From: Chiloscyllium plagiosum
Taxonomy: Eukaryota
NCBI RefSeq assembly: GCF_004010195.1
Contig: NC_057751.1
Location: forward strand, 10,286,589-10,350,588
Direction: 5' to 3'
DNA length: 64,000 nucleotides
Within the stretch, counting starts at the first letter, position 1. Each line of letters opens with the position of its first letter. A model generated the notes under the pieces. That model saw only the letters and a program-made list of their open reading frames with translations. It did not search any database and was not told the origin of the DNA. Positions 26,342-38,990 of the stretch are shown piece after piece. The position numbers and the translations under genes are program-made.

Positions 26342-26399
26342 GTCATCATGGATAATGGCCCTGCCCAACAGGCTAAGACTGCATACCAACTTCAGTCAG
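26342..26399 (+). CDS. M17 aminopeptidase-like, in-window exon 9
   Basis: tttAG|GTCATC...TCAG|GTaaag. VIMDNGPAQQAKTAYQLQS; phases match both neighbouring exons. Confidence 0.9.
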
Positions 26400-26539
26400 G
26401 TAAAGCCTGTTTGTCCTCTCATATCTCCACTGCATCGTGTATACTGAACTCCATTTCAAGCAGCCAAGGCTGTAAATAGCTTTCCTGCTAAGTCATAACT
26501 GATAGTTTTATGCAGTTTCTGTGTGCATTGGAGAGGAAT

Positions 26540-27287
26540 GTAAGTCGCAGAATCTCTGCAGTGCAAAGAGAGCATTTGGTCCATCAAGTCTGTACTGACC
26601 CTGCAAAGAGCATCGAACGTTATCCCTATCAACTCACATTTCCAAAGGCTAATCTACCTCGCCTGCGTATTGAATACTGCAGGCAATTTAGCATGCCCAA
26701 TCCATGTGACTTTCACATGTTTGGATTGTGGGCAGCAACTAGTGCACCCAACAGAAACTCAGCCATATGTGAGGATTATATGCAAATTCCATGCAGGCAG
26801 TTACCCAAGATTGAATCAATCCTGGGTACTTGGTGCTGTGAGGCAGTGTGCTAACCACTGAGCCACCATGCAGCCCTTTAGATTATCTCCATTTAAGGGC
26901 ATCTTTAATGGGCAAAACTTGTTCCACTTGCTCGGAATTGTTTGGTTTTTATCTTGGTCAATTGTACGCTTGATTGATGGCTGAGTCCTATCCCAGGATA
27001 CATAATAGCATTTAAATCAGACAGAAAGGTGAAGAGGTCTTGAAAAGTGGTACCAGAATAGTCCTCAAATGTTTTTAAATGGACTATTTAACTGAGCCAA
27101 TCCACCTAACTTGCTCATCTTTGAATTGTGGGAGAAAAGAACCCGGAAGCAACCTGTGCAGACGCTAGGAGAATGTCTCTGTGCACGCTGCACAGAGACA
27201 GGTGCAATCACCCAAAGCTGAGATCAAACCTAGATTCTTCGCACCATGCAGCAGCACTGATAATCACTGTGCTACCATGCAGCCCCA
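26540..27287 (-). mobile_element. Two degenerate HE1-like tRNA-derived SINE copies (26540-26876 and 27080-27287)
   Basis: Diverged matches to the intact copy at 35479-35806, e.g. gctgtgaggcag..gctaaccactgagccacc. Confidence 0.7.
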
Positions 27288-27346
27288 TTTGTGTTTAAGT
27301 GGAAGTTAAATAACTGCATGAAGACTTGGGGGCATAGAGTTGAGAT

Positions 27347-27670
27347 GTGTGACAAAACTGCTCCTTTTAGCAAGGTTATGCTGTCCTTGGCTTTTTTTTT
27401 TTGCCAGAGAGACCTGAAAAGCAACGATTCTGGAGTTGAACTACCTGAAGGTTTTTAGAGCCAATTTGATTACAGCTCACAGATACTGCCTCAGACAAAA
27501 GGCTTTCAAATTAAAAAAATAACAGTTGTACATTGAAAGGGGCCTGGCTCTCAGCTCAGCTTTTCTGAGTTGGTTTGGTTTTTGCAGTCTGACTGTTCAC
27601 TGAAAGTGGGCAGTTTTGAGGCTGCTGGTCCAAGAAACAGATACATGGAAGATGCTGAATCCCTCTGCCA
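27347..27670 (+). mobile_element. 5' part of an LTR-like repeat
   Basis: Starts TGTGACAAAACTGCTCCTTTT, similar to the TGTGATAATGCTGACCCTTT start at 40014. Confidence 0.45.
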
Positions 27671-28232
27671 GCGTTATCTCGTGCGCGACGTGTTTTGATG
27701 GGGTCTGGTCTTATCCTTAGCAAATGATGCAGTTAGACGTTTCTAAACTGCCTATGTTGTGCTGTGCATGAAATAATGCACCTTGTGCAAGGTATTGTTC
27801 CATAACAATAGGAAATACTCAAATCAAGAATTTGATGTGAAGTGAAGACAGAGGTGTGGTAGAAGGCTGTATGGATGCTTTGTTATTAACTGACCAATCC
27901 TATTCAAAGTTTGCTCAAGTCCAAATTCCCACTTTAATATTTACTGTGTATTTTGGTACTGTAGTCAAGGGTGTGCTAAAATTCAGATATGACAAATTTT
28001 AAACCGCGCCAAATATGCATTTCCCATCTACTCCCATCCTTAAAACTTTGTTTTTTCCTGGGCAAATTGTTCACATGATTTGAGATCAGTTTGGTTATCG
28101 TCACGGAATTTTATTCCCATGATGGTTGACTTACTCTCAGAACTAGGTTTTTGAATGTTTCCTTGATTTGATGAGCTATCAAGGAACCAAATATAAATCC
28201 GTGTGAATTGAATGCTGTTTCTTTGCTGTTAG

Positions 28233-28414
28233 CTGGTGATGAAGTGGCTGATCCTTTCGAAATCTCCACCATTCGACGTGAAGATTACGATTTTCACAAG
28301 GGGAAGTCTGAGTATGAAGAGATTCTGCAGTGCAACAACCAGCCATCCAGTGCCACACCCCGTGGACATCAATCACCTGCAGCTTTCCTCATCATGGCTT
28401 CTGGCCTAGATAAG
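28233..28414 (+). CDS. M17 aminopeptidase-like, in-window exon 10
   Basis: gttAG|CTGGT...GATAAG|GTaaca. (A)GDEVADPFEISTIRREDYDFHKGKSEYEEILQCNNQPSSATPRGHQSPAAFLIMASGLDK. Confidence 0.95.
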
Positions 28415-29068
28415 GTAACATTCTTTGCAATCTGACCATTAATTGTGCTAGATACCTTTAAAATTAGAAATGTTTTTAAATGACCTGTTTAGGTATATCA
28501 TGGTGGATTTGTGATGCAGATGGAACTTCAACCTCCACCTTACAGCCCAGAGCCCCTGGTTTTAAATTGTATGTTTCGTGAAGAAATGACAAATTAAAAT
28601 ATCACTTTCTTTAGACTAAACTTACTTTCTGACCCCAGTCTCAAAATAGACTTTACAATTAGCTAATGGGAGGTATTGAAGTTGCCATATCTTATGGTGT
28701 TTTTGCAATTCAACCTGCAGCACCCAGCCCAAAACTCTGACTCTTAATTCAAATCTTGCCTCTTTTTTGACTGACTGTAATGAGGATGAGTAAAGCATCA
28801 GAATTGCTGTGATTACATTGTTAAACCAAACCTTGATTATCTGTTTTATCTAATTATTCTGCCAGAGCAAGGTCGAACACTGTGTGTTCATTAGGAAGGG
28901 GGGAGACATGCTTCAGCAGAACAAAACCTCATTACAGCAAAAAAAAACAAAATTACTTGACATAATGGTTTCTTCCTTAATATGGTACTGTTTCATGGAA
29001 TGGCTTTGTTTTTTGTTTCATTGCAGCAGGTTGCAAACCATTTTATTGATATCATTTCTTTGTTTCAG

Positions 29069-29203
29069 CATGGAATCGATTCTGAAAAACCCCTGCACTA
29101 TTCTCACATTGATATAGCTGGATCCTCTGGCCCATTTCCTGGCATACCCACTGGATCACCAGTGGTTGCCCTGGCAGCAAAATATGTGCTAAGTCGTATT
29201 TGA
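29069..29203 (+). CDS. M17 aminopeptidase-like, last coding exon
   Basis: ttcAG|CATGGA... HGIDSEKPLHYSHIDIAGSSGPFPGIPTGSPVVALAAKYVLSRI-TGA. HxDIAG is the M17 C-terminal motif. Confidence 0.96.
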   Translation, partial: HGIDSEKPLHYSHIDIAGSSGPFPGIPTGSPVVALAAKYVLSRI

Positions 29204-29615
29204 ATAGCTGATGGAAAGCTCAAAGGCACATGGAGATAAGAAATGTCACATTATCAACTATTGGAGGCCATGCAGTGTCATAGGACGTCTTAATAATGGG
29301 CTTTGTAGTTTCACCTGACATGGGAACAAAAAATGAAGTTAAACATGAGTTGTTGGTATAAATCAGTCAGTGCAGCCTTCCTAGAACTGACTGCAGACAG
29401 TACTCCAAAGTTCCTCAGGTAGGCGAATGAATAAGTTACTGTCTTTCAGTACAAAATTGTATTGGTGCAATGTAAACACTTCTGCAAAGCTAAACTTCCA
29501 ACACTGCAAATTTCAAGTTGAGCTGAGGTGGGGAAAAAAATTACTTGGGGTCACACGATCAGAAGAAGGAAATTAGTGATTATGACAGAAACAAACAGCA
29601 AATGTAATGTTCAGA

Positions 29616-29625
29616 AATAAATAAA
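29616..29625 (+). terminator. Candidate polyadenylation signal (two overlapping AATAAA) of the aminopeptidase gene
   Basis: AATAAATAAA about 410 nt after the stop codon, followed by GT-rich sequence (ttgtttgggagggt). Confidence 0.55.
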
Positions 29626-32140
29626 GATTAAGATGGCCTTGTTTGGGAGGGTCTTATTGGAGATGATTAAACCAGTGAATACACATGAAATGCCAGTTCA
29701 CTTGGTATCTGTGTGGTTGACCTTGTCCTGCAAATATAATTGCAGTTATACTTGTTGTTAAGTATCATGATTTGCATTCTGGCTCTTGATTGAATGTATG
29801 ATTTAAACCAAACTAAATATTAGAAAGTACTTGTTCCAAACTTCTCTTCAGTCATGAATGGACATTGTGCATTGGTAGTGGATCATTTTCAACAAATACT
29901 GTTCATGAAATAGTGCAGGTATGATGGCCCTGTGGTATTATCGTTGTACTGTTCATTGGGAGACCCAGCAAAAGTTCTGGGGACATGGATTCAATTCTGC
30001 CAAGGCAGATGGTGGCATTTGAACCCAGTAAAAATCTGGATTAATGAGTCTAATGATGTCAATGAAACCATTGCCAATTGTTCGTTCATGTCCATGAGAG
30101 ATGGAAACGGCTGTTCTTATCTGGTCTTGCCTACATGTGACTCCTGACCCACCGCAATATAGTTGATTCTTAACTGCCATCTGGACAATTTAAGTATAGA
30201 CTATATTTGCTGGCTTAGCCAGTAATGTCCTCATCTTTTCAAAGCATGTCCTCATCTTTTGAGGCATGTACCACCATTGAACAGGACAATTAATTTCCTT
30301 AAGGTGTCGTAATTCTCACGACATGATATTTCGATTACGGAGCATCACTTGTTTGGGCCGTTCCTTACTGAATACACATACTTAGGGTTTCAGTATAGAA
30401 TTGGTGCAATAGCACATGAAAAACTAAGTGTTTTGGTGAAGTTCTTGGTTTTCACTGTCCAACAACAACTTCTGTTATACTGAAAAGATCCCATGATGTC
30501 ATAAATGTTAAATGGTTTTTCTAAGTTGCCCTTTGAGGAAAATTTTGGTCCAAAATTTCATTCTTGTGGTGGGTGGGATTGAGAGCAGTGTTTTCGTGAG
30601 AGGTATGGATTTCTCTAATCTGAGTCACAAGGCTGTGCGTAAAAGCATGCTCACTGCTTAAAACCAGTCATAAACTCAATTGGAGATGTGCTTCAATCCC
30701 TGATCTTTAGTGTTTCATGAAGAAGTCATTGCAGAATCCAGCATGCTCCAGGTACTTGTGCTTTGTAGCAGGTTTTATGCTAAAGTTAGTAATTGTGCCT
30801 CGGATCTAACATCAGTCGAAACGTGCGGCTGATTTAAGAGTAAACTGGCCTGCACTGTGAGGAACTGGATTAATTGTCAACTCAACCGAGCAGCATAATT
30901 CTTAGCAGTTTTGAATTGAGGTGGTCTCATATGGGATGTCAAAAAAGAGGTAAGACAGCATAGCAGAAGTTTGTTTTTGTACTTTTTTTTTTTACTCCTT
31001 TCAAAAAAAAAATTGTTCACCACTTGTGACCAGAACAGATCTATCAAATGCAACGGTTGTTCCCTCTGGGACTGCTTTTCACATCAAGGCTTGCAGATAA
31101 GGCTTTAACTTGCATCATGATTCTGTCTTCTCGTGTATGTTGGCCAGGATAACACTTTTTTGGATCAATTTGCTGCAGACTCGAGTCTTGGTTAATTGAT
31201 GCTGAAAGACCAAGTCTTATCAGTGAACCAAATGTTTGTACAGAATCCATGTTATTTGTTTGTGTGACGTGATCACAAACTATTCTGATTGTTGCTTCTC
31301 CACGATGTCATAATATTGTTCTGAGATCTTCAGTTAAAACAAGAGCTAATGATTTGTGCATATTCAACACTGCAGATTCCAAAAGAAGTATGTCAATGAG
31401 ATATGAACTTTGAACATAATTAACAGAAATTTAGTTTGTAAATGCACACTTAGTTATGAGCGAAGTAATCTTTTTATCCTGCAGAGAAAAGTAATTCCAA
31501 GTAGATGACTGTGCATGATTTGCAGAGATTGTTATCTTAGCTTGAAACACAAGCATTTAAAAAGACACCATTTTTGAAAAGACTTGTGGATCATAAGCTC
31601 AAAAGCCATTTTGGAACTGACCTATGGCAAAATGTTCCTGCACGTTGCTGGAGTAGGTGAGACTTGGTCCTGGCCTTGTGGCTCACAGATTGGTGGACTA
31701 CCGCTGTAGCCTCAGAGCCCAGATGGTCTGTGGGCAACTACCAAACCTGAAAGGTGAGGAATATATCCACTTTTTTTACGACTACAAAAACAAGAAAGCC
31801 TTTCTCACTGCCTGGAGTCTGCAGGTGAGCAGGCAAAGGATAACACAATGGTCACGGAAAGCCACCCCTTCTCTAGCCTCTGCTATCCCTGTCCCTCCTT
31901 TTTCTGTACACACAGAAACGCACATGTCATTTTCCTCTCTCTTATCCCCATCTCCTGTGATAGCCTCCTGAAAGGAAAAAAAGCAAAACAAGTTGCTCCT
32001 CTAGCAAATCTATCATGGTGATGCTATTTTAGCTTCCATTCATGTTCGCAGGCAGGTAATTTTTGAAATGGAGACCCTTCTAAATGCATGAGAAACGTTC
32101 TGGACACAGGTTGTGTACTTGAGTTGTGCTTAGCATGCAA

Positions 32141-32484
32141 TAGAAAAAAATCCCTACAGTGCGGAAACAGGCCCTTCGGCCCAACATGTCCACACCCACC
32201 CTCCGAAGAGTAACCCAGCCAGACCCCGTTCCCCGACTCTACATTAACCACAGACTGATACACCTAACCTACGCCTCCCTGAACGTAAAGGGCAGTTTAG
32301 AATGGCCAATTCACCGAACCTCTACATCTTTGAATGGTGGGACGAAACTGGAGCACTCAGAGGAAACCCATGCAGACAAGGGGAGAATGTGCAAACTCCA
32401 CACAGACAGTTGCCTCAGGCTGGGATTGAATGCAGTCCCTGGCTCTGAGGAAACAGTGCTAATCACTGAAACACCGTGCTGCCC
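32141..32484 (-). mobile_element. HE1-type SINE
   Basis: tRNA-like head, gggagaatgtgcaaactccacacagac body, and CR1-type tail gaaacaggcccttcggccc. Confidence 0.85.
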
Positions 32485-33469
32485 GGTAATTGACCAATGA
32501 GCTCTTACTGATGGGAATGGAGAGTCAGTTGTCCTCTAACTCACTTGCACTGAAACTTCTTTACTCAGCGTAGTAGGGGCATGGAATGGCCTGCTTGCAA
32601 CAGTAATAGACTGGCAGACGTTAAGGGCATTTAAATGGGCATTGGACATACATATGGAGAATAATGGAAAGTGTAGGTTTAATGGTCATCAGATTAATTT
32701 TGCAGATCAGCGCAACATCAAGGGCTAAAGGGCCTGTACTGCGCTGTAAAATTCTTTGTTCTAATATTTGAACCACAGAGCATTAATCTGTTTCCTCAAA
32801 ACATCCAATGATAGCACAGGGCCAGGATTTAAAGAATAGGACTAGACATCAATCATCGTGCTTTTTAATCTGGGTTTAGATCTGGGGCTGCGTCTGTCCA
32901 AAATAGCATATGATAAAGACAGATCAAGCTCATTAATCTTCTGTGGTCATGACTACAATTCATTTATCTTGCATTATATGGTGCTGACAGCAGCAATTTA
33001 GTTTGAGCAAATCAAGTCTCGATTGTTGTATCCTAATCTGTTTGTCATTTGTGTGCCACACAAATGAGCATAGGCAAAAGACAATGTAAAGTGATGTCAT
33101 TCTGGTCTGAGGCAACCCAAAGGCTCAGGGAGAGAGATGACTGCTTCAGATTTAAAAGGAGGGTCACCATACTTTAGGTCAGGGAGGGGTTACAAAGCAG
33201 TCTTTCGTGTTACCCACAACAGGGACAGGGATCGAACCCCTGCTGTTTCTATAACTCTGCAACACAAACAAGTCATCAAGCCAACCAAACATGGTGCTGA
33301 CAGCAGGTGATTCTTTGTGGTCTCCCTTTACCAGGTCGTCTTCTCACATTTCTTACAACTCTTCTGCACATCATTGTTTGCTATGATCTGCCTGTACTGT
33401 ATGCAAAACCACGCTTTTCACAGTACTTAAGTACATGTGATTACAACAAATCAAATTGGATTAACCTCG

Positions 33470-34420
33470 CCCACCAAAAAGAGAGGTGGCATAAGCAGAA
33501 GAGGTCATGACGAGTGAGGGGGCACAAGCACAGGAAGGCAGGAGTGAAAAAGAAATAATAGGTCATGACCAGAGGGGCATAAACTGTGTAGGATGAATAA
33601 GAGAAGATGAAATACAGGAGTACAAACATAGGAGCACAAGCAGCAGCACAACAGAGAGAGACGAATCAGGGACATAAGCTAAGGGCAATAAATGAGTGAA
33701 GAAGACGGACATCGTGGATGTGAGGTTACACTGCGGGTGAAAGAGAGAGTCAAAAACATTAGCTCAAACAGGAAAACAGATGGGGACGTAACTGTCAAAA
33801 TTGGGCCACAAAAAGAGAGAAATAGAGAGTCACCGATATAGACGGAGAAATCAAGGGTCATTAACCACAGTATAGACAAAGGGGTGAAATGGAGAGACAC
33901 CAACAGAGGGCAGACCAATTGGGAAAACAGAGCCAAGCAAAAATTGGAGAAATGGCACAAACAGTTGCAAAATAGAGGTCGAGAACCAGGTGAGCACTAA
34001 TTGGACAACAGGGTCATAAAGAAGGTGAGAAACGGGCACGAAGATAAGGAACGGGCTCATTTGAGCACAACAGGAATTCAGTCATTTGTTGGGTAGAAAC
34101 AGCTGGAAAAGCAGAGGGGCACAAACTTAAGGGAAGAAGTGTTTGGGCAAGATGGGCACAAAGATGAGAGAAACTGGGAAAGAAAGACAGTGGGTAAAAG
34201 GTGCAGTTGAACAGAAGGAGAGGAACATATTGACACTGGTTGGGGGAGAAACTGACAAAAACCATGGCATAAACAGAAGCTCAAACAGAGAAGAGAAAAG
34301 GGGCTCAATTGGTTGTAACAGATAGGTAGAAAAAGGTGGAGAAGCAGGGGGACAAACAGAATGAGACAGAGGGGCAGCTTCAGTAAGAAAAAGTGGGAAG
34401 AAACTCAGATTATAAGTAAT
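33470..34420 (+). repeat. Degenerate purine-rich tandem/low-complexity array (units like agaggggcacaaac/gaaacag)
   Basis: Strong A/G skew with recurring gggcaca and aaacaga motifs. The ORFs here are compositional artefacts. Confidence 0.65.
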
Positions 34421-34622
34421 AAGACACCACAGCTCTCGATGCAAGGCGTTACGAAGACTCAGTCATCAGAGAAAAAGAATCCTCCGTCTTTTGGCACCCC
34501 TTTCGTTTGAAGTGTGCCTTCTGTTTCTAAAGCCTACCATGTGGGGAAACACCATATCAATCCTTTCAGAATCCTATATGTTTCAAAGAGATTACTCATT
34601 GTTATAAACTCCAATGAGTGGA

Positions 34623-34932
34623 ATAGATTAGATTAGATTACTTTACAGTGTGGAAACATGCCCTTCGGCCCAACAAGTCCACACCGCCCCGCCGAAGCGC
34701 AACCCACCCATACCCCTATGTTTACCCCTTACCTAACACTACGGGCAATTTAGTATGGCCAATTCACCTGACCTGCACATCTTTGGACTGTGGGAGGAAA
34801 CCGGAGCACCCGGAGGAAACCCACGCAGACACGGGGAGAATGTGCAAACTCCACACAGACAGTCACCCGAGGCTGGAATTGAACCCGGGTCTCTGGCGCT
34901 GTGAGGCAGCAGTGCTAACCACTGTGCCACCC
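34623..34932 (-). mobile_element. HE1-type SINE, young
   Basis: (AGATT)n tail, retained CpGs, B-box GGTTCAATTCC on the minus strand. Confidence 0.9.
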
Positions 34933-35210
34933 TACTGTCTAATTTTGGTCTCCCTAATTGAGAAAGGATGTACTGGCGCTGGAGGCTGTGCAGAGGAGCT
35001 TCACTAGCTTATGTTCTCAGGCCGATAATTAACTAACTGCCTCTTGCTTCCTTCCTCTTTGGAAGAGGAATGTCACATTGGCAGTTATCCAATCTTCTGA
35101 TATTTGTCCAGAACCCAAGGGTTTTTGGAAAATAGAACCAATGCATAGTTATCTCTGTTGAGCATCCCAGGATGCAAGCCATCAAGGTCAGCACGCTTAA
35201 CTGCCTTTAG

Positions 35211-35368
35211 GTGAAAGTGAGGACTGCAAATGCTGGAGATCAGAGTCAAGATTAGAGCAGTGCTGGAAAAGCACAGGTCAGGCAGCATCCGAGGAGCAGG
35301 AAATTCGAAATTTTGGGCAGGAGCCGGATGTTGCCTGACCTGCTGTGCTTTTCCAGCACCACTCTAAT
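35211..35368. mobile_element. Penelope-like inverted mini-insertion with a 15-bp TSD
   Basis: CTTAACTGCCTTTAG at 35196-35210 and 35369-35383; tail-to-tail PLE repeat arms. Confidence 0.85.
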
Positions 35369-35478
35369 CTTAACTGCCTTTAGCCCCATTTGTTTGTCTA
35401 ATACTAGTTCTCTTGTGATGGTGTTGGTACTTCTTTCTCCCCATGTTTTTCAGTATTACTGGTATGTTCACGATTAAG

Positions 35479-35806
35479 ATTAGATTACTTACAGATTAGA
35501 TTACTTACAGTGTGGAAACAGGCCCTTCGGCCCAACAAGTCCACACCGACCCGCCGAAGCGCAACCCACCCATACCCCTACATCCACCCCTTTAACCTAA
35601 CACTACGGGCAATTTAGCATGGCCAATTCACCTGACCCGCACATCTTTGGACTGTGGGAGGAAACCGGAGCACCCGGAGGAAACCCACGCAGACACGGGG
35701 AGAATGTGCAAACTCCACACAGTCAGTCGCCTGAGTCGGGAATTGAACCCGGGTCTTCAGGCGCTGTGAGGCAGCAGTGCTAACCACTGGGCCACCGTGC
35801 CGCCCA
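35479..35806 (-). mobile_element. HE1-type SINE, full length, young
   Basis: Minus strand GGGCGGCACGGTGGCCCAGTGG (A box)...GGTTCAATTCC (B box); CR1-like 3' end; duplicated tail agattagattacttac. Confidence 0.92.
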
Positions 35807-36079
35807 CCAAGACTGATTAAGACTGATACCAAGTATCACTTTAGTTTAATTCTTGTGTTTCCTTGTTCCCTATAACTGTCTCATTTGATTCATTTTCTAA
35901 GGGGCTGATATTCACTTTGACCCCTCTTTTTTTTTTATATATATATTTGTAAAAAAGATCTGATTGTCAGGTTTTTTTATTCTCTGCGACTTTGTCTTCG
36001 CAATTTATTTTCTCTCTGTTCACTTTTTAGAATTCCTTTGTTGGATTCTTAATTTGATCCCAGTCTTCTGATTGTTGTA

Positions 36080-36545
36080 GATGCATCATAGAAAGCATCC
36101 TATCTTGATGCATCACCATTTGGTATGGCAACTGGTTTGCCCAAGACCACAAGAAATTTGACTTGCGAACACAGCCCAGCCCACCAAGCAAACTGTCCAT
36201 GGACTCTGCCTATACTTTTCCGTTGCCTCGGGAAAGTAGCCAACAATAATCCAAGACCCTTCCCACCCCAGTTCTACTTTCTTACGTCAGGCAGAAGATA
36301 GAAACATTTGAAAACACAGACCAAATAATTCAAAAGCAGCTTCTTCCCTGCTGTTGACAGACTTATGAATGGATCTCTCATTTATTAGAGTTGATCTTTC
36401 ACTGGACTATCTCTCTCGCTGTAACACTTCAGTTGGTATTCTGTTCTATTACCCTGATGTGCTGAACTAAAATGTGATGTCTCTGGATAGTATGTAAAAC
36501 AATATGTTTCACTGTATCTCATTATATGTGACAAGAATAAATTGA
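36080..36545 (+). mobile_element. Rex1/L2-like LINE 3' fragment
   Basis: IESILS*CITIWYGN remnant and the agcttcttccctgctgt motif, similar to 52670-52940. Confidence 0.6.
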
Positions 36546-37685
36546 ACAAAATTGGAGCTCTCCTTGCCTCCTCACATGCCTTTTCGTTCCTCGTAATGCT
36601 GTTGTCAACTTTCCAGGTTCACCCCTCTCTCAGAATCTTTCTTCCTAACTGGGATATAGTTTCACTGAGAGTCATCAGTTAACCCCTTAAATATCTGTAA
36701 CTGCTTGTTTACTGTCTTGCCTGCTAATCTATCCATCCAGTCCATTTAAACTAACTCTGTGATCATTTTTATTGTTTGACTTAAATGAAAGGAATTATAT
36801 AGTGGATTTCAATACATATTTTTCATTTTGAAACTGAACAGACTAGCAACAAACAAAAAATCTTGTCGTCATCATCATTATTTCCTTGGATAGCTGCTAC
36901 TTTGAGTAATTTACTAGACCTGCCTCATGACCCATTACAGGAATCAAGATATCCTGTTTTGTGGTTGTAGAGACATACATACACAGCACGGAAACAGCCC
37001 CTTCAGCCCAACTCATCCACGCCAAACAGGATTCCTAAACTAAATTAGTTCCTTTTGCCTGCATTTGGCCCATGTCCCCCTCAGCCTTTCCTATCGATAT
37101 ACCTGTCCTCCCTGTTTTTTTAAACATTGTAATTGTACAAACCTCTACCACTTCCTCTGGCAGCTCATTCCATGTACACACCACCCTTTTGTGTGAAAAA
37201 GTTGTCCCTTGAGTCCCTGTGAAATCTTTCTCCTCCTGGAGAAAAGACCTTGGTTATCCAACTTGACTCTGCATGTTACGATCTGTCAAACTTCCAGTAA
37301 GGCCATCCCTCTGCCTCTTACGCTCCAGGGGAAAAAGTCCTAATGTATCCAGCCTCTCCCTGTAGCTCAAACCTCCAGTCTCCGTAACATCCTTTGTAAA
37401 TCTTTCTTGCACCCTTTCCAGTCCAGTAGCATGCTTCCTATAGCAAGGTGACCAGAATGAAATGCAGTACTCCAAATGTGGCTCTACCTGTGCCTTGTTC
37501 AGCCATAACACAACGTCCCAACTCCTGTACTCAGTATTCTGACTGATGAAGGCAAAGGTGCCAAACAACTTTTTCACCATCCTATCTATCTGTCACACTA
37601 TGTTCACGAAACTATGTACCTGCACCCCTGGTCTCTCTGTTCGACAATGTTCCCTAGGGCCCTACCATACACCCTGTAAGTGCAA

Positions 37686-38990
37686 TCCCTTGACACACCC
37701 ATCCCCCATCAGGATGGTCACAGGTCTCTCTACTTCTTTATTCAAATAAATGCCTAAACTGTCTCCATCCACTGCCATCCACCTCTGTGTCAAGCTCATC
37801 GTCACCCTGAACAAGTTTTCTTTTAACGACTCTCACTTTTATAGAGTCATAGAGATAGCCAGCGCAGAAACAGACCTTTCGGTCCAAGTCGTCCATGCCG
37901 ACCAGATATCCCAACCTAATCCAGTCCCATTTGCCAGCACCCGGCCCATATCCCTCCAAACCCTTCCTATTCATATACCCATCCAGATGCCTTTTAAATG
38001 TTGTAATTGTACCAACCTCCACTACTTCCTGTGGCTGTCCACTCCATATACACATGCAACTCTGTGCACGAAAAAGTTGCCCCTTATGTCTCCCTTACAT
38101 CATTCCCCTCTCACCCCAAACCTATGCCCTCCAGTTCTGGACTCCCCACCCCACCCCAGGGAAAAGATCTTGTCCATTCATCCTATCCACTCCTTCAAGA
38201 TCGAGGGGCAGCCATAAGTACTGACCTAGGCCCCAGTTGTGCCTGTCTCTTTGTGGCATATTTGGCATATTCCTTTGTTCCAGTCCTATTCTGGCTACCA
38301 CCCACCACTTTCTCCAGTATTTCAATGATATAATTGGTGCTGCTTCCCTCAGTCATTGGATGCTCATTTTCATCCCTCACTTTGACTTGGTCCATCTGAC
38401 TCCTCCCTTCCCTTCCCTTCCTCAACATCTGTTTCCATTTCTGGGGATAGACGAGCCATCAATATCCACAGCAAACTAACTGACTCCCACAGTTCTCCGG
38501 ATTGTACATCCTTGCACTCTGCTTCCTGCTAAGACTGGCTTCCATTCTCCCAGTTCATCCGTCTCTATTGCATCTGTTCTCATGATACCAGCTTCAACTG
38601 AGGATTTCCCAGCACTGTAGGTGACAGGGCCCTCAGCTGGGTCTGACCCATCTCCTGCACTTCAGCTCTCAGCTCCCCCCCCATTCCCTCCCAATACAGC
38701 AATAGAGTCTCCCTTGTACTCATTCAATCTCCCACCAGCATCCACATATAGAGGATCATCAGCTGCCATTTCTGCCACCTCCAGAGGATACCACCACCAG
38801 ACAAAATCGCCTCACCTCCCTTGTCAGCCTTCTGCAAGGACCATTCCCAACATCCTTCCTGCAACTGCAGAAAGCTTAATATCTGCTTGTTGACTTGCTC
38901 CCTCCTTAGTATCCGAGGCCCCAAAAACACCTTGTAGTTGAGGCAACACTTTCCCAGCACTTCATTCAATCTAGTCTACTCTGTTTGCTG
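37686..38990 (+). mobile_element. Penelope-like element RT to GIY-YIG remnant, split by a CR1 3' fragment (37840-38192, minus strand)
   Basis: VTLNKFSFNDSHF before the insert; GAAISTDLGPSCACLFVAY..FLQYFND after it (PLE RT motifs GVAMG and YIDD, degenerate); then IPFSQF and Cys-containing linker remnants. Confidence 0.8.

Noticed and set aside
31044..31250. Possible terminal exon of a convergent gene
   Set aside because: No recognisable protein similarity and no upstream exon chain found on the minus strand.
33679..34444. Cluster of hydrophobic Phe/Leu/Ser-rich ORFs (also at 47396-47960)
   Set aside because: Translation of pyrimidine-rich low-complexity repeat, not membrane proteins.
35735..35806. 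tRNA gene (A and B boxes present)
   Set aside because: It is the tRNA-derived head of a SINE, continuing into the SINE body and CR1-type tail.
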